Positions 9,524 through 20,228 of a stretch of DNA of 64,000 nt are shown piece after piece (position 1 is the first letter of the stretch; the number at the start of each line of letters is the position of its first letter). The position numbers were made by a program, and so were the translations under genes. This DNA comes from Caldisericota bacterium (GTDB taxonomy: Bacteria > Caldisericota > Caldisericia > JAAYUI01). Below the pieces are notes generated by a model that saw only the letters and a list, made by a program, of their open reading frames with translations, was not told the origin of the DNA and searched no databases. The stretch spans positions 32,001 through 96,000 of the forward strand of contig JAKPMO010000002.1 of assembly GCA_029548865.1 (NCBI GenBank), read 5' to 3'.

Positions 9524-10405
9524 ATGGACAAGGAATTATTTTTGGTGAAGAAGGGCTTGGCTGACATGCTAAAGGGTGGTGTAATAATGGACGTTGTGAC
9601 CCCTGAGCATGCAAAAATAGCCGAAGAGGCCGGTGCTGTGGCCGTTATGGCCCTTGAGCGCGTACCTGCAGATATCAGAGCAAAGGGTGGCGTGGCCAGA
9701 ATGTCTGATCCACAAATGGTTTCTGAAATCATGAAAGCGGTTTCTGTTCCAGTCATGGCGAAGTGCAGGATTGGCCACACCATAGAGGCCCAGGTTTTGC
9801 AGTCCATTGGTGTTGATTACATAGACGAGAGTGAAGTTCTAACGCCGGCTGACGAGGAGTTTCATGTCGACAAGTGGGCATTCAGGGTGCCATTTGTTTG
9901 TGGCTGCCGCAATCTTGGTGAGGCCCTTCGCAGGATTGGTGAGGGTGCCGCCATGATAAGGACAAAGGGTGAAGCTGGAACTGGCAATGTTGTTGAAGCC
10001 GTTCGCCACCAGAGGGCTGTCCAGAGGGAAATCAGAAGAGTCGTCATGGCCCCCGATGAAGAACTTGCCACAATAGCAAAAGAGCTTGGCGCTCCACTCG
10101 AACTGGTAAAGATGGTCAAGGAAGCTGGGAGATTGCCGGTTGTTAACTTTGCTGCAGGCGGTGTTGCAACTCCTGCCGATGCAGCGTTGATGATGCACCT
10201 TGGCTCTGACGGAGTTTTTGTCGGTTCTGGCATCTTCAAATCAGGAAATCCAGCTAAGAGGGCAAAGGCCATTGTTGATGCGGTTGCCCACTGGCAGGAG
10301 CCGGAAGTCATCGCAGAAGTGTCAAAGGACCTCGGCGAAGCCATGGTCGGAATCAATATTGACGTTTTGGACGATAAAGAAAAACTTGCCAGGAGGGGCT
10401 GGTGA
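9524..10405 (+). CDS. pdxS: Pyridoxal 5'-phosphate synthase lyase subunit
   Basis: [47 protein letters not shown] before ATG 9524. Confidence 0.97.
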   Translation: MDKELFLVKKGLADMLKGGVIMDVVTPEHAKIAEEAGAVAVMALERVPADIRAKGGVARMSDPQMVSEIMKAVSVPVMAKCRIGHTIEAQVLQSIGVDYIDESEVLTPADEEFHVDKWAFRVPFVCGCRNLGEALRRIGEGAAMIRTKGEAGTGNVVEAVRHQRAVQREIRRVVMAPDEELATIAKELGAPLELVKMVKEAGRLPVVNFAAGGVATPADAALMMHLGSDGVFVGSGIFKSGNPAKRAKAIVDAVAHWQEPEVIAEVSKDLGEAMVGINIDVLDDKEKLARRGW

Positions 10406-10974
10406 AGATAGGCATCTTCGCCCTCCAGGGTGATGTTGCCGAACACATAAAGGCAATAGAAGCTTCTGGTTGCACACCTGTTCAGGTGAGGAACCCACAG
10501 GACCTGGACAATCTGTCAGGGCTTGTTCTCCCTGGTGGCGAATCGACAACCTTCTGGAAGCTCTCAAACAGGATCGGACTCGACAAAAAAATAATCTCTC
10601 TTGCAAAAGAGGGATTTCCAATATTTGGGACATGTGCTGGGCTTATAATGATGTCGCACGACATTGAAGGCTACCCAAATCAGCCAACATGGGATATAAT
10701 GGACATAACAGTCAGGCGCAATGCGTATGGGCGCCAGCTTGAATCGCACGTCGAAACGATACACGCCAAGGACATTGGTGATGTGTCGGTCGCGTTTATT
10801 AGGGCCCCTTTCATCACAAGGGTCGGTGAAAAAGTGGAAGTGCTCTCCTGCGACAAGGAAGGCAATATCATTTTCGTGAGGCAAGGCAATTTTCTTGGTG
10901 CCGCCTTTCACCCAGAGATGACAGGTGATATAAAAATCCATAATTTTTTTTGCGATATCGCAAGGAGGGTTTGA
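10402..10974 (+). CDS. pdxT: Pyridoxal 5'-phosphate synthase glutaminase subunit
   Basis: ALQGD, PGGEST, GTCAG, RNAYGRQ, FHPE. Confidence 0.97.
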   Translation: MKIGIFALQGDVAEHIKAIEASGCTPVQVRNPQDLDNLSGLVLPGGESTTFWKLSNRIGLDKKIISLAKEGFPIFGTCAGLIMMSHDIEGYPNQPTWDIMDITVRRNAYGRQLESHVETIHAKDIGDVSVAFIRAPFITRVGEKVEVLSCDKEGNIIFVRQGNFLGAAFHPEMTGDIKIHNFFCDIARRV

Positions 10975-11729
10975 TGTCAGGACACAGCAAATGGCATAAT
11001 ATTCAAGGTAAGAAATCAGTGACCGATGCCAAGAGAGGCAAGCTTTTCACCAAAATTGCCAAGGAAATCATTGTTGCAGCAAAAAGGGGTGGAAATCCCG
11101 ATCACAACCCAAGCTTGAGGTCTGCCCTGGACAAGGCGTCTGAAGCTGGAATGCCGAAAGACAACATAAAGAGGGCCATTCAGCGTGGGACCGGAGAAAT
11201 TGAAGGGGCAACCTACGAAGAAGCACTTTATGAAGGATACGGGCCGGCAGGCACTGCCGTTATCGTTGAGGCCTCTACAGACAGCAAAAACCGCACAATC
11301 TCCGAACTGAAAAAAATCTTCAGCAAGCATGGCGGATCACTCGGCGAGCAGGGTTGTGTTGCATGGAACTTCGAACGCGAGGGTGAGATCATTGTAGAAG
11401 GTGGTGGAAAGTCACTCGATGACGTCCTCATGGAAGCGGCCGATGCTGGTGCAAGTGATGTTGAAGCAGATGGCGAGACTTTCATTGTAACAACTCCACC
11501 CGATGTGATGCACCAGGTGGCCGAGACCCTCAGAAAGGCCGGCTACAAGGTCAAGGGAACCAATCTTGTCTACAATGCCAAGAGCACTGTAAAGGTCACG
11601 GGGCAGGACGCAGTCAAAGTCCTCAAACTCCAGAACGACCTTGAGGACCATGATGATGTCAACAACGTCTATTCCAACTTTGAGATGGACGAGTCAGAGA
11701 TGGAGAAGATAGCAAGCGAGCTTGAATGA
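10974..11729 (+). CDS. yebC: YebC/PmpR family protein
   Basis: MSGHSKW start, YEGYGP, LEDHDDV; AGGAGG RBS. Confidence 0.96.
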   Translation: MSGHSKWHNIQGKKSVTDAKRGKLFTKIAKEIIVAAKRGGNPDHNPSLRSALDKASEAGMPKDNIKRAIQRGTGEIEGATYEEALYEGYGPAGTAVIVEASTDSKNRTISELKKIFSKHGGSLGEQGCVAWNFEREGEIIVEGGGKSLDDVLMEAADAGASDVEADGETFIVTTPPDVMHQVAETLRKAGYKVKGTNLVYNAKSTVKVTGQDAVKVLKLQNDLEDHDDVNNVYSNFEMDESEMEKIASELE

Positions 11730-12196
11730 AAATAATGGCCGTTGACCCAGGGCTGGCCCGCATTGGATGGGCCATCCTGGAGTCGGATGGCGATTCGTTT
11801 TCGCTTGTCGAATGTGGATTGTTGCAGACCCCAAAGGAAGACAATCTTCCAAAGAGGCTCTCCGAAATACATTCAAAAGTAACCGAACTCATTTCAGGAC
11901 ACAAAGTAAGCTCTTTTGCAGTAGAAGAATTATTTTTTTCAAAAAACGTCAAGACAGCAATCGATGTAGCACAGGCAAGGGGTGTCATAATAATGTCGGC
12001 CCAGTTGATGGGTCTGCCTGTCTACGAATACACACCAAATCAAGTCAAGCAGGCCGTAACTTCATCAGGTAGCGCAGACAAACTCCAGGTTGGGAAAATG
12101 GTGCAAATGCTTTTGAGGCTTCCCAAAATACCCTCGCCAGATGATGTTGCAGATGCCTGTGCGCTTGGACTTTGCCATCTCTTTTCGCTGAGGTAA
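11726..12196 (+). CDS. ruvC: Holliday junction resolvase RuvC
   Basis: VDPGL, VEELFF, EYTPNQVK, DDVADA. Confidence 0.96.
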   Translation: MKIMAVDPGLARIGWAILESDGDSFSLVECGLLQTPKEDNLPKRLSEIHSKVTELISGHKVSSFAVEELFFSKNVKTAIDVAQARGVIIMSAQLMGLPVYEYTPNQVKQAVTSSGSADKLQVGKMVQMLLRLPKIPSPDDVADACALGLCHLFSLR

Positions 12197-12198
12197 AA

Positions 12199-12774
12199 AT
12201 GATAAATCATTTGGATGGAACAGTAGAAGACTTTGATGACGAAATTGTTGCCCTGAATGTGAATGGCATTGGATTTGAGGTGCTTATCGGGAGAATATCA
12301 GGGATTGCTGTTGGTAAAAACCTGAGATTGTATACTGTCTGGCGTTTTAACAGCGAAGATGGATACACAATTTTTGGTTTTGAGACGCCACAGGAATCAA
12401 AGCTCTTCAAGACAATAACAAGCAAGGTTTCAGGAGTTGGGGGGAAAACAGCGCTATCTCTTTTGAAAACGCTAACACCTGGCCAGATAGCCGATGCTGT
12501 CATACATGAAAAGGCCCATGTTTTCAGGGCTGTTTCTGGCATTGGCCCAAAGATGTCCGAGAGGATAGTCCTGGAATTGAGGGATGTCATGGCCGGAATG
12601 CCAGTACAACCAGGCTCTGTTGGCAAATCGGATGAGATTGATGAAGCCAGGGCGGCATTGCGTGCACTTGGCTTCTCGATAGGCGAGATAGAAAAAGCGC
12701 TAGACGGCATAAAGGGCAAGGGTGCGTCCTCCGAGGAGATAATAAAGCACGCCCTCTCAAGGCTATCAAAATGA
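12199..12774 (+). CDS. ruvA: Holliday junction branch-migration protein RuvA
   Basis: HhH motifs VSGVGGKTAL and VSGIGPKMSERIVLEL; C-terminal ALRALGF. Confidence 0.93.
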   Translation: MINHLDGTVEDFDDEIVALNVNGIGFEVLIGRISGIAVGKNLRLYTVWRFNSEDGYTIFGFETPQESKLFKTITSKVSGVGGKTALSLLKTLTPGQIADAVIHEKAHVFRAVSGIGPKMSERIVLELRDVMAGMPVQPGSVGKSDEIDEARAALRALGFSIGEIEKALDGIKGKGASSEEIIKHALSRLSK

Positions 12775-14354
12775 GTTTCAGGGACAAAATTGCTGGGAGG
12801 GAGCCGGTTGACCTGCTGGTCGTGAATGCCAGGATAATAAATCCATCTCTTGGGCAGATTGTTGATGACCATGTTGCGGTTGCCGATGGAAAATTTGCCG
12901 GTTTTGGCCAGAAAAAATCTGTCAAAGTTTTTGATGCTGGTGGTGCCTATATTATCCCAGGTTTTATCGACCCGCACACTCACCCGGAAACCCCAGTTTC
13001 CCATCCTCTCAGGTCGTTTGCCTCAATGCTTCGCAGGGGCGTCACAACAGCAGTCTTTAATCCCTCAAATACCGCCAACGCAACGGGCCTTGCCGGTGTC
13101 AGGTACCTCGACCAGACGACCCGTGATTTTGAGAAAAATATCCTTTTCTATGCCCCGTCAAGCGTCCCGCCATACAAATTTGAAGATTATGGAGTGGACC
13201 TTTCTTATCTTGATCTGGCGTGTTTTGCTGCAGAACCCAAGTTTGTTGGTCTTTCAGAAATAATTGATCCAAACGGCGACGGCATGGACATGAAGATAAA
13301 GCTGTTCCGAAACAAGGTTGTGGATGGTCATGCAAGAGGTCTTGGTGGGCGAGCGCTTGAAGAGTATTTTTCAGCAGGGGCATCCTGCGACCATGAATGC
13401 AAAACACCAGAGGAAGCGGAAGAGAGACTTGCGATGGGTGTGAGGATAATGGCAAGGGAGGGCAGTTTCGACAGGGACTTGATTTCTGTGCTAAAGGCCT
13501 GCAATAGTGAAAACCAGCATTTTTTCAGTTTTTGCACTGACCACATCAAGCCATCAACGCTGCTTGAAGAGGGTTCGATAGACAATTGCATCAGGAAAGC
13601 TGTCCAAAGCGGTGTTCCGCTGGTCAGGGCAGTCCAGATGGCAACCATAAACACGGCCTCAGCTCTGAAAATGACCGACAGAGGTAGTTTTGCCATCGGC
13701 AAAAGGGCCGATTTTGTATTGATTGCTCCTAAGATGTTGAACGTGGTTTCAACATTCCTCTCTGGTGAGCAGGTATCTGGCGAACTTCTTGACTATCTTG
13801 AGACTTGCGATCTGGGCAGGCGTCCGCTGAATGCAGACTTGGACTTCGATATTGATGATATGGATTTCCGAAACAGCAAGATTGTTGATGTCGGAGACGG
13901 TGCAACTGGCGGATATTCCAGCGAACCAGTTTTTGCGTGTGTAATCAATGTGCGCTCCGGCCAAAAGAATGTCTCATTTTGCAGGCTAGCAGGATTTGGG
14001 AGGGTCAGTGGCGCTTTTGCCACGACAACCCCGATCCACTCGCACAACATTTTTGTTTTGGGCAGTTCGGCAGGATTGATGAAAAAGGCTGTCAGTATGA
14101 TTGCTGGTGATGGTGGGGTGGCTGTTTGCGGTGAGGATTTTTGCGAGTTTCTGCAGTTGCCGATCTTTGGCATATACTCTGACCTACCTATTGCCAGAGT
14201 GTCGGAGGGGATGGACAAAATACAGAAGGCCATTGAAGGAATAGGCATTCATGAAGACATGTTCGGTTTTGTGAGGAGACTCACGCAGCCGGGTTTTGGA
14301 ACCTGCCTTACTTCAAAGGGTGTATTTGTTTGTGAGGACCTAAAACAAAAATAA
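12771..14354 (+). CDS. ade: Adenine deaminase-like amidohydrolase (divergent)
   Basis: PGFIDPHTH, VDGH, DHEC, REGS, FCTD, GKRADFV, SHN, LPIFG. Confidence 0.75.
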   Translation: MSFRDKIAGREPVDLLVVNARIINPSLGQIVDDHVAVADGKFAGFGQKKSVKVFDAGGAYIIPGFIDPHTHPETPVSHPLRSFASMLRRGVTTAVFNPSNTANATGLAGVRYLDQTTRDFEKNILFYAPSSVPPYKFEDYGVDLSYLDLACFAAEPKFVGLSEIIDPNGDGMDMKIKLFRNKVVDGHARGLGGRALEEYFSAGASCDHECKTPEEAEERLAMGVRIMAREGSFDRDLISVLKACNSENQHFFSFCTDHIKPSTLLEEGSIDNCIRKAVQSGVPLVRAVQMATINTASALKMTDRGSFAIGKRADFVLIAPKMLNVVSTFLSGEQVSGELLDYLETCDLGRRPLNADLDFDIDDMDFRNSKIVDVGDGATGGYSSEPVFACVINVRSGQKNVSFCRLAGFGRVSGAFATTTPIHSHNIFVLGSSAGLMKKAVSMIAGDGGVAVCGEDFCEFLQLPIFGIYSDLPIARVSEGMDKIQKAIEGIGIHEDMFGFVRRLTQPGFGTCLTSKGVFVCEDLKQK

Positions 14355-17300
14355 TGAAAAAAATATCTATTGCTCTAGTTTTTGTTTTTTTGATCTCGGT
14401 TTTTCTTCCAACATGGCCGAGATTTTCAATCGCCCAGCAACCCTCCCAGGTTGTCGAAAGGCTGCTGATGTTTGACCAGCCCGATGCAAGAAATCTGGCA
14501 GAGTTGAAAACAGAGACTTCACTGGCGCAATCTGGCGCAATATCCGAACTGGAGGCCCTCTCCTCATCGGGCGAGGTGCTCTCCTATAGATCATTCTGGA
14601 TACAGAACTGCATTCTTGTCACAGGCACCCAGAAGGCCTTTTCGCGCCTCGAGAGCCTTGGCTCTGTGAGGGCTGTTTTGCCCAACACAAAAATTTACCT
14701 GCCCCATGCCAGGCGATCGAAGGCAGAAACTGACTTAGAGTGGAACCTCAAGGCAACGCATGTGCCAGAGGCATGGGCCATGTCGGCAAAAGGTGATGGC
14801 GTGCTCGTCGGTGTTCTGGACAGTGGTTGTGATTCCACCCATCCGGAGCTTGCCGGAAAAGTCCAGAGTTTTGCTTCTTTTGACAGCTATGGCAGGAAGA
14901 CTGGCCAAACTATTGCAAGCGACAGTGATGGCCATGGAACAAGCGTCTGCTCGGTCGTTTGTGGCGAAACACTTGGTGTTGCTCCAAAGGCAAAATTGAT
15001 TGTAGGTTCTGTCATTCCTGATGGCTCGGGAAACATTTCCCAGATTTTGGGTGGGTTGCAGTGGATAACTGATCCTGATGATGATCCTTCAACCGATGAT
15101 TACCCGAGGGTTGTCAACATGTCGTTTGGCGCTTCCGGGACGATGGACTACCTGAAAACTGCAATAAAAAACCTCAGAAAATTTGGAATATTGCCCATTG
15201 CCTCGATAGGCAATGACGGCGAAGGTTCATCGAGCAATCCTGGCAACATGCCTGAGGTCCTCTCCGTTGGCTCCGTGGACTATGGACTCAAAGCGTCTGG
15301 TTTCTCCGGTGGCGCCGAGGTGGTGTGGGAGAATGAAGATGATTCACTGACACTTGTCAAACCTGATTTATGTGCACCTGGAGAAAACATCAGGGTGGCC
15401 ACCCCAAGAAGGACCTATGATGTTGCTGATGGTACCAGTTTTTCTTCCCCGCATGTCGCCGGCATCTGCGCGCTTTTGCTTGAAAAGAGGCCCGATATAT
15501 CTCCTGAGGACCTGACCTATCTCCTCTCAAAGACTGTTGTCGACCTTGGTAGGCCAGGCAGGGACAGGCGCTATGGCGAGGGCCTTGTCGATGCAAGGGA
15601 CAGCCTTTCACTTGCCCTGTCAATGGAGCCAAAAACTGTTTCTGTGACGTGGCCCACCGGTTCTGCCCTCTGGGGAGACATAAATGTCACCTCTGGTGAC
15701 CGTTCGTATGTGGTTTCAAGGGAACAGGCGAAATCGTTTACTTTTCTCTCCAGATCAGGCGAGGAGACAAAGATAGGGGCTTTTGGTTTTGAATCCTCAA
15801 CGATTGCAGGCAGTTCCGTTGAATTGAAGCCGCTTCCGGAGCATTCGCTTGACCTAACGGTGCATGAGGAGGGTACCCAGAACAATCTTGACAGCAAAGT
15901 CACACTGAAAGATTCGCCGTTACCGACATTTGAGGCTCCTGATGGAACACTAAAGCTTGCTTTGCCGGAAGGCGAGCATGAATTTGTCGCGACTTCTTTT
16001 GGTCACGCATCGAGAAATTTCAAAATAAACCTTTCGTCTGATTTGTCTGCATCCATGCCCCTCGAAAAGGCAAAGATAGCTTTTATCGACACAAGAAAGC
16101 CAGTCTGGGGGATAAGCCCGGAACCGATTAGGGGTAAACTCAAACCGGCCCTTGATTCAACAGGACTGCCCTATTTTATATGGTCAACCCTTCAAGGTAA
16201 TGTGACAGCCAAGCAACTTGGTGCTTTCCAGTATGTGGTCTGGAATTCTGGAGGTTCACTCTCGGCCAAGGATGTTGGTATTCTTGGCGGATACATGGAC
16301 ATGGGGGGCAAGCTTGTTCTGACCTCCGATTTTTATGGCGCATCCTTCATCGGCCAGACCGATTCCACGGTTTTTCTGGACTCATATTTTGCCTGCAGAC
16401 CAAGCGATGAGGGTGGAGCGGCATTGACCCACTGGGACGGAAGAACCTACAAGAGTCTTGCACTTGGCAACCCAAGCGCCTATTTTTCCACTTCAAACCT
16501 TGTACCAATGTCCGAAAAGGCGAAAATCCTGCTTTCTTATGCTGGCACAAGCCCCAAAAAGTATGCAGGGTTGAAAGTTTCAACCCTCAAAAACCAGGGC
16601 GTAATCCTTGGGTTTACGTTCCCAAATGTGGCCTCGGAAGAAGACAGGGGTTGGCTTTTAAAGCTTTGCATCGAGAGTTTTGAAGACACATTGCCATGGA
16701 AGGCCGACATAAAAACTGGTGATGGCAAACTGCCTTCCGGAAACATAGCAATTGGCGGGGAAACCATAGGTTTTACCAGTGGCAGTATTTTTGTGCCGCA
16801 CCTTCCTCTTGTGGCAACAAAGATTGAAATCTCGAGTTTTGGCTATAAAAAGGTCACCCTGGATGACAGGCCTGAAAAACTTCCTTCACAAATAATGCTT
16901 GAATCTGCACCTCTGTCTGGAGTTTCTTTTGACTCCAGCTCTGATGGGTACCTCATTTTCAATGACAAGAATGTGGAGCCCATTAAGTTCCCAGCAAAGG
17001 GTGAAGTCAGATTGCCCGAAGGTAAATATAAGGTTGTGGCTGTATCGAGGGGAAGGGAGCCTGTGGAAATTGATATCACTGCCCCAGGCAGGATTGCTCT
17101 TAATATGAGGCAGTCACAGAAGGCAGCAGTGGTTTTTGAGGAAGCTGATGACATAAAGCTTACGCTGAGTGAAATTGGAATACCCTACAAGACCATCCAG
17201 CAGCCAACCGCCGCAGACATTGTGTCCTCCGGACTTGTTGTCTGGAACCATCCAGAGAAAATCTCAAGCTCTCAGACGGAGATGATAGGCAATGTGAAAA

Positions 17301-18688
17301 CGGCCCTTCTTTGTGGTGCAGGCGCCATTATTGCTGGCCCGGAGCTTTGCAGGGCTTTTGGTGGACCAATCCAGATAGATTCAGCCACTTCACCTGTCTA
17401 TGCGTCCATAGGTGAGAATGAGCTCCAGGGGATACTCATATCCAACTCAAAAAGCATGAGAAATTACAGCATATCAATTCCTGTAATTTCGGGAGGAGAT
17501 GTCCTGGCAAGATTTATTGGCCAGGGTGCCTCAATCATAAAGCAGAACAATCTTATAGCCTGCTCGTTTGGTTTTCAGGACGTTGATCTTGCAAATGTCA
17601 AAGCTGAATTGATCAGAAGATTGGCCATGGTGCTTGGTTTTGGTGAAGGCAGGCTCCTTCCCGGCCAGATAGTTTCACCGTCAAAGGCTGTAAACACAAA
17701 ATCGGTAGAAATAAGCGGTTTTGCACCGCCTGCGTCAAAGACTTCAATAACAATAGATGGCGTCGAAAAAATCGTTGATCTTGATCCGGAGGGTTTTTTC
17801 TCATTCTGGGCCAGCCTTGCAGAAGGAAAGCACGAATGTGTACTAATCTCGCAATCAAATGGCCTTCTGGCGAGATCAGCGCCACATACTGTAATAATAG
17901 ACACCACACCGCCAAGCATTGCCATCTATTCACCAAAAGGCGGCAAAACACCGTCGCTTGAGATAGAAGTTCTGGCCAATGTCAGGAGTGCTTCAAAAGT
18001 CTTGATCGATGGGAAACCGGCAAGGGTCGAGGGAACGCTCCTTCGCGCAACAGTTCCGTCTGGATCAGGCTCCATACTCATCTCTTGCGAAGACGAAGCG
18101 GGCAACAGGTCTGAGGCTAGGGCAAACTATACACCGTCACCTGGGCTTTTTGCTGACGCGCAAAAATCCAGGTCATTTTTCGAGATTAGTCAGCTTGCCT
18201 GTGCAAACATCTTGAAGAACGAGAGCGACCAATTTTACCCTTCAGAATCTCTTTCCAGGGGGAAAATGGCTGTCTGGGTTGCACTACTGCTTGGGCTTGA
18301 CCCAAAGCCGGGAAAATCCACATACGAAGACGTGCCAAAGAATTCTCCGGAAGAGCCGTTTATTGGCGCCCTTGTCCAGCACGGGACGTTATCGGGTAAG
18401 GGAAAATTCTATCCCGGTTCTGCCTGTACGAGAGAGCTCCTTGTGCAAGTCCTCTCCAATGGTTTGAGGCTTGGCAAAAGGGCTGACAAAATGCCATTTT
18501 CCGACATAAAACAGGACAATGTCTATTCTCAAGCCATCCTAAAATGTATTTTTGCCGGTATAATTGATCCTGCAGAAAAAAGGCTGTTCTCTAGTGGCAA
18601 ATTCGGCCTCGGGCAAAAGCTCTCAAGAGAGCAAGCCTGCATAATGTTTTATAATGCTCTTGTTTATAGGGCGAGAGGGGAACAATGA
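14354..18688 (+). CDS. Secreted S8 (subtilisin-like) peptidase with Ig-like domains and three C-terminal SLH repeats
   Basis: Signal peptide; triad VLDSG / GHGT / GTSFSSP; SLH-like FADA..FYP..LSR, YEDV..FYP..TRE, FSDI..LSREQ. Confidence 0.9.
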   Translation: MKKISIALVFVFLISVFLPTWPRFSIAQQPSQVVERLLMFDQPDARNLAELKTETSLAQSGAISELEALSSSGEVLSYRSFWIQNCILVTGTQKAFSRLESLGSVRAVLPNTKIYLPHARRSKAETDLEWNLKATHVPEAWAMSAKGDGVLVGVLDSGCDSTHPELAGKVQSFASFDSYGRKTGQTIASDSDGHGTSVCSVVCGETLGVAPKAKLIVGSVIPDGSGNISQILGGLQWITDPDDDPSTDDYPRVVNMSFGASGTMDYLKTAIKNLRKFGILPIASIGNDGEGSSSNPGNMPEVLSVGSVDYGLKASGFSGGAEVVWENEDDSLTLVKPDLCAPGENIRVATPRRTYDVADGTSFSSPHVAGICALLLEKRPDISPEDLTYLLSKTVVDLGRPGRDRRYGEGLVDARDSLSLALSMEPKTVSVTWPTGSALWGDINVTSGDRSYVVSREQAKSFTFLSRSGEETKIGAFGFESSTIAGSSVELKPLPEHSLDLTVHEEGTQNNLDSKVTLKDSPLPTFEAPDGTLKLALPEGEHEFVATSFGHASRNFKINLSSDLSASMPLEKAKIAFIDTRKPVWGISPEPIRGKLKPALDSTGLPYFIWSTLQGNVTAKQLGAFQYVVWNSGGSLSAKDVGILGGYMDMGGKLVLTSDFYGASFIGQTDSTVFLDSYFACRPSDEGGAALTHWDGRTYKSLALGNPSAYFSTSNLVPMSEKAKILLSYAGTSPKKYAGLKVSTLKNQGVILGFTFPNVASEEDRGWLLKLCIESFEDTLPWKADIKTGDGKLPSGNIAIGGETIGFTSGSIFVPHLPLVATKIEISSFGYKKVTLDDRPEKLPSQIMLESAPLSGVSFDSSSDGYLIFNDKNVEPIKFPAKGEVRLPEGKYKVVAVSRGREPVEIDITAPGRIALNMRQSQKAAVVFEEADDIKLTLSEIGIPYKTIQQPTAADIVSSGLVVWNHPEKISSSQTEMIGNVKTALLCGAGAIIAGPELCRAFGGPIQIDSATSPVYASIGENELQGILISNSKSMRNYSISIPVISGGDVLARFIGQGASIIKQNNLIACSFGFQDVDLANVKAELIRRLAMVLGFGEGRLLPGQIVSPSKAVNTKSVEISGFAPPASKTSITIDGVEKIVDLDPEGFFSFWASLAEGKHECVLISQSNGLLARSAPHTVIIDTTPPSIAIYSPKGGKTPSLEIEVLANVRSASKVLIDGKPARVEGTLLRATVPSGSGSILISCEDEAGNRSEARANYTPSPGLFADAQKSRSFFEISQLACANILKNESDQFYPSESLSRGKMAVWVALLLGLDPKPGKSTYEDVPKNSPEEPFIGALVQHGTLSGKGKFYPGSACTRELLVQVLSNGLRLGKRADKMPFSDIKQDNVYSQAILKCIFAGIIDPAEKRLFSSGKFGLGQKLSREQACIMFYNALVYRARGEQ

Positions 18689-19098
18689 TATTGGAGCAAT
18701 TAAAACAGGCTGGCTACAGAATAACAAAACCCAGGAAAGCGGTCATCGCACTTCTCGAAGAAAACGATGACATGGATGCAAAGCAGATATACAGGACCCT
18801 AAAAGAACGTGGACAGGACATTGATATTGCCACTGTTTACAGAGTGTTGGACCTTCTTTTCAGGCTTGGTGTTGTTCACAGGAGCAATTTCACCCAGCAG
18901 CATGCTCACTTCGGTTTTGTAAAGGCTGTGCATATGATATGCAAGCGTTGTGGGAAAATTGACGAGAAAGAAATAGATAACAAAATTCTGCTTGATAAAA
19001 TGAAAGACGTCCTGGGGGATTTCTCCGCCCAGGACGTCTCTGTAGAGGTCTATGGTTATTGTAAGACCTGCAGCCGATCAGCAGATGGCAACGTTTGA
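18685..19098 (+). CDS. Fur-family transcriptional regulator
   Basis: [31 protein letters not shown]. Confidence 0.92.
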   Translation: MILEQLKQAGYRITKPRKAVIALLEENDDMDAKQIYRTLKERGQDIDIATVYRVLDLLFRLGVVHRSNFTQQHAHFGFVKAVHMICKRCGKIDEKEIDNKILLDKMKDVLGDFSAQDVSVEVYGYCKTCSRSADGNV

Positions 19099-19281
19099 CG
19101 CCTGCACGCCCTTCGGTGTCTCTTGGATCTCGAATCTAACTCTGTCGCCTTCTTTAAGGGACTTGAATCCGTCAGCTCTAATGGCTGAAAAATGTACGAA
19201 AACGTCCTCTCCATTGTCAGCACGGGTGATGAATCCATAACCCTTCTTTGCGTTAAACCACCTAACAGTTCCTTCTGGCAT
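19078..19281 (-). CDS. Cold-shock protein (CspA family)
   Basis: [27 protein letters not shown] motifs. Confidence 0.96.
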   Translation of the reverse strand: MPEGTVRWFNAKKGYGFITRADNGEDVFVHFSAIRADGFKSLKEGDRVRFEIQETPKGVQASNVAIC

Positions 19282-19416
19282 TCTACTTCTCTTTCCTTCT
19301 GCTCCTTTTTCAGGAGCTAATACTAATTTGGGCTTTTTGCCCTTTTATAGTGAAAAAGGCCTCACAAATCCGAGGCCCAAATCACTTGGACTTCAAATTC
19401 TTATTTTGATTATACA

Positions 19417-20166
19417 CTATAAAACAAAATTTGCAATCTTTCCTCTGTTTATCCAGATGAGTTTTGCACCGAGTGCGTCACCAACAGCTTTTACAGGTAC
19501 AAAAGTTTTTCCGCTAACTATCTCTGGCGGAGCATCAAGCGGATAATCTTTACCATTGATCTTCGCGTTCTTTTTGCCGACCCACATCTGCCCGACAAGT
19601 TTGCTGCCTTTTTTGATGTCGATCCTCTTTTCAGAGGCGACCCAGCCAACTGTTCCGCCGAGGCTTTCAATACCTATACGGAGGGGGGCCATCGATTTGC
19701 CGTTTTTGATATAACATGCGCCACCATGTGGTGTAAGATCTACCTTTTTTCCATCAACAACACATACAGTGATCGGCTTTTTGGTTGTCGTATCGAGTGA
19801 GAGGAAGAAAGTAACACACTTTTTGTATTTTGCAGGGCTGGGATGGTCCATGAAGTCACCAGGATAGGTTTTTGCGTTGATTTCCTGAATGTTTGTGTAC
19901 CCATCACCGTCTGCGTCAAAATTCTCAAAAGCATCAAAATCACCAAGCTCTTCGGTGTTTTCATACATTACACCATAAGGATTTCTTGGCCCTGTACCTT
20001 CCTGGATGAAGTGGCAGCAAAGACAAGTCTTGTCAATCTTTGTACCCTTCAGTTTTGGATAGGTAAGAATGAGTTCATCGTGGTAGTCCTGTTGGGCGTA
20101 AACATAGGCAAATGCACCCAGTATAAGCCCTGAAAGCACCAGAATTGCCACAATTGACCTTTTCAT
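19417..20166 (-). CDS. Secreted putative monoheme c-type cytochrome with Ca-binding-like loop and stalk (Cu amine oxidase N-terminal-like) domain, copy 2
   Basis: Signal peptide; CLCCH (CxxCH); DADGDGYTN; APLR..ESLG..VGW and PPEIVSGKTFVP stalk motifs; AAGGAGG RBS. Confidence 0.75.
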   Translation of the reverse strand: MKRSIVAILVLSGLILGAFAYVYAQQDYHDELILTYPKLKGTKIDKTCLCCHFIQEGTGPRNPYGVMYENTEELGDFDAFENFDADGDGYTNIQEINAKTYPGDFMDHPSPAKYKKCVTFFLSLDTTTKKPITVCVVDGKKVDLTPHGGACYIKNGKSMAPLRIGIESLGGTVGWVASEKRIDIKKGSKLVGQMWVGKKNAKINGKDYPLDAPPEIVSGKTFVPVKAVGDALGAKLIWINRGKIANFVL

Positions 20167-20228
20167 TTACACGTACCTCCTTGGTTTTTCTATCCTAATA
20201 CGAATTTGTTTGTTTCAGGTTCAGCCTT

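Noticed and set aside
9406..9807. N-terminal extension of the 445-aa arcC ORF
   Set aside because: Mostly the antisense shadow of pdxS; carbamate kinase similarity starts at MERIVI (9405).
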